Below, in pieces: positions 63,605-64,000 of a stretch of DNA of 64,000 nt (positions within the stretch are counted from its first letter, which is position 1; every line of letters starts with the position of its first letter). The stretch is from Lama glama (Eukaryota): positions 33,418,001 to 33,482,000 of the forward strand of contig CM052832.1 in assembly GCA_028534125.1 (NCBI GenBank), read 5' to 3'. The notes under the pieces were generated by a model, which was not told where the DNA came from, ran no database searches, and worked only from the letters and a program-made list of their open reading frames with translations. The position numbers and the translations under genes were made by a program.

Positions 63605-64000
63605 CGGGTGGAGGGGCGGGCAGTGGCTGCAGGACCTACAAGGAGCAGCCCCCCAGGGGCGCCCCCGCTGACCCCCCTCTGCCGCCGCCCTCTCCTGTCT
63701 CTACGCACCCGAGTCCGACAGTCAATTTGCTCTAGTTCAGTTCTCAACTAGCATTTGTTAGAAAGTGTGCGAGGTCCAACTAAACCAAAAGTTCCCACAA
63801 AAGGCAAGCACACAGCAGGGTATAAAGCAGACAGATGATCGACAAGCAGTTCTTTCTTTGACTTGACAGCGCCCCCTCCTTTTACTGGATATGCTGAAGG
63901 TCTCTTTCCTGAAGAAGTAACCTCTTCTTAAGGAACATACAGCTTCTAATAGCACTGAAAACTCCTGTCTCCGGCCACCACCTTCGCTCTCTTGCTCAGC

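Overview
Mammalian genomic DNA from a draft assembly with five N-gaps. It is very GC/CpG-rich and almost entirely intronic or intergenic. A cetartiodactyl-type L1 3' end (10515-10813) and a short Tigger1 deletion derivative, with no ruminant or pig SINEs seen, point to a non-ruminant, non-suid cetartiodactyl such as a camelid or cetacean. Recognisable content is ancient interspersed repeats (L1M fragments, L2, MIR, MLT1/MLT2/LTR16-like LTRs, MER58B, MER63, Tigger1-derived), an 18-bp minisatellite, microsatellites and AT-richer islands dense in developmental transcription-factor motifs. None of the ORF-track proteins matches a known gene I can recognise. The best lead is five small minus-strand segments with AG/GT boundaries (50064 down to 7194) that join in phase into one ~170-aa open frame; I cannot assign it to a family and it may be chance. 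Other leads are an unexplained ~590-bp insert splitting an L1 ORF2 at a collinear junction, a candidate conserved enhancer block at 26.3-27.3 kb, and local AT-to-GC rewriting of old repeats suggestive of GC-biased gene conversion. No tRNA, rRNA, CRISPR array or intact mobile element was seen. All repeat family names come from recalled consensus similarity and need RepeatMasker/Dfam confirmation.
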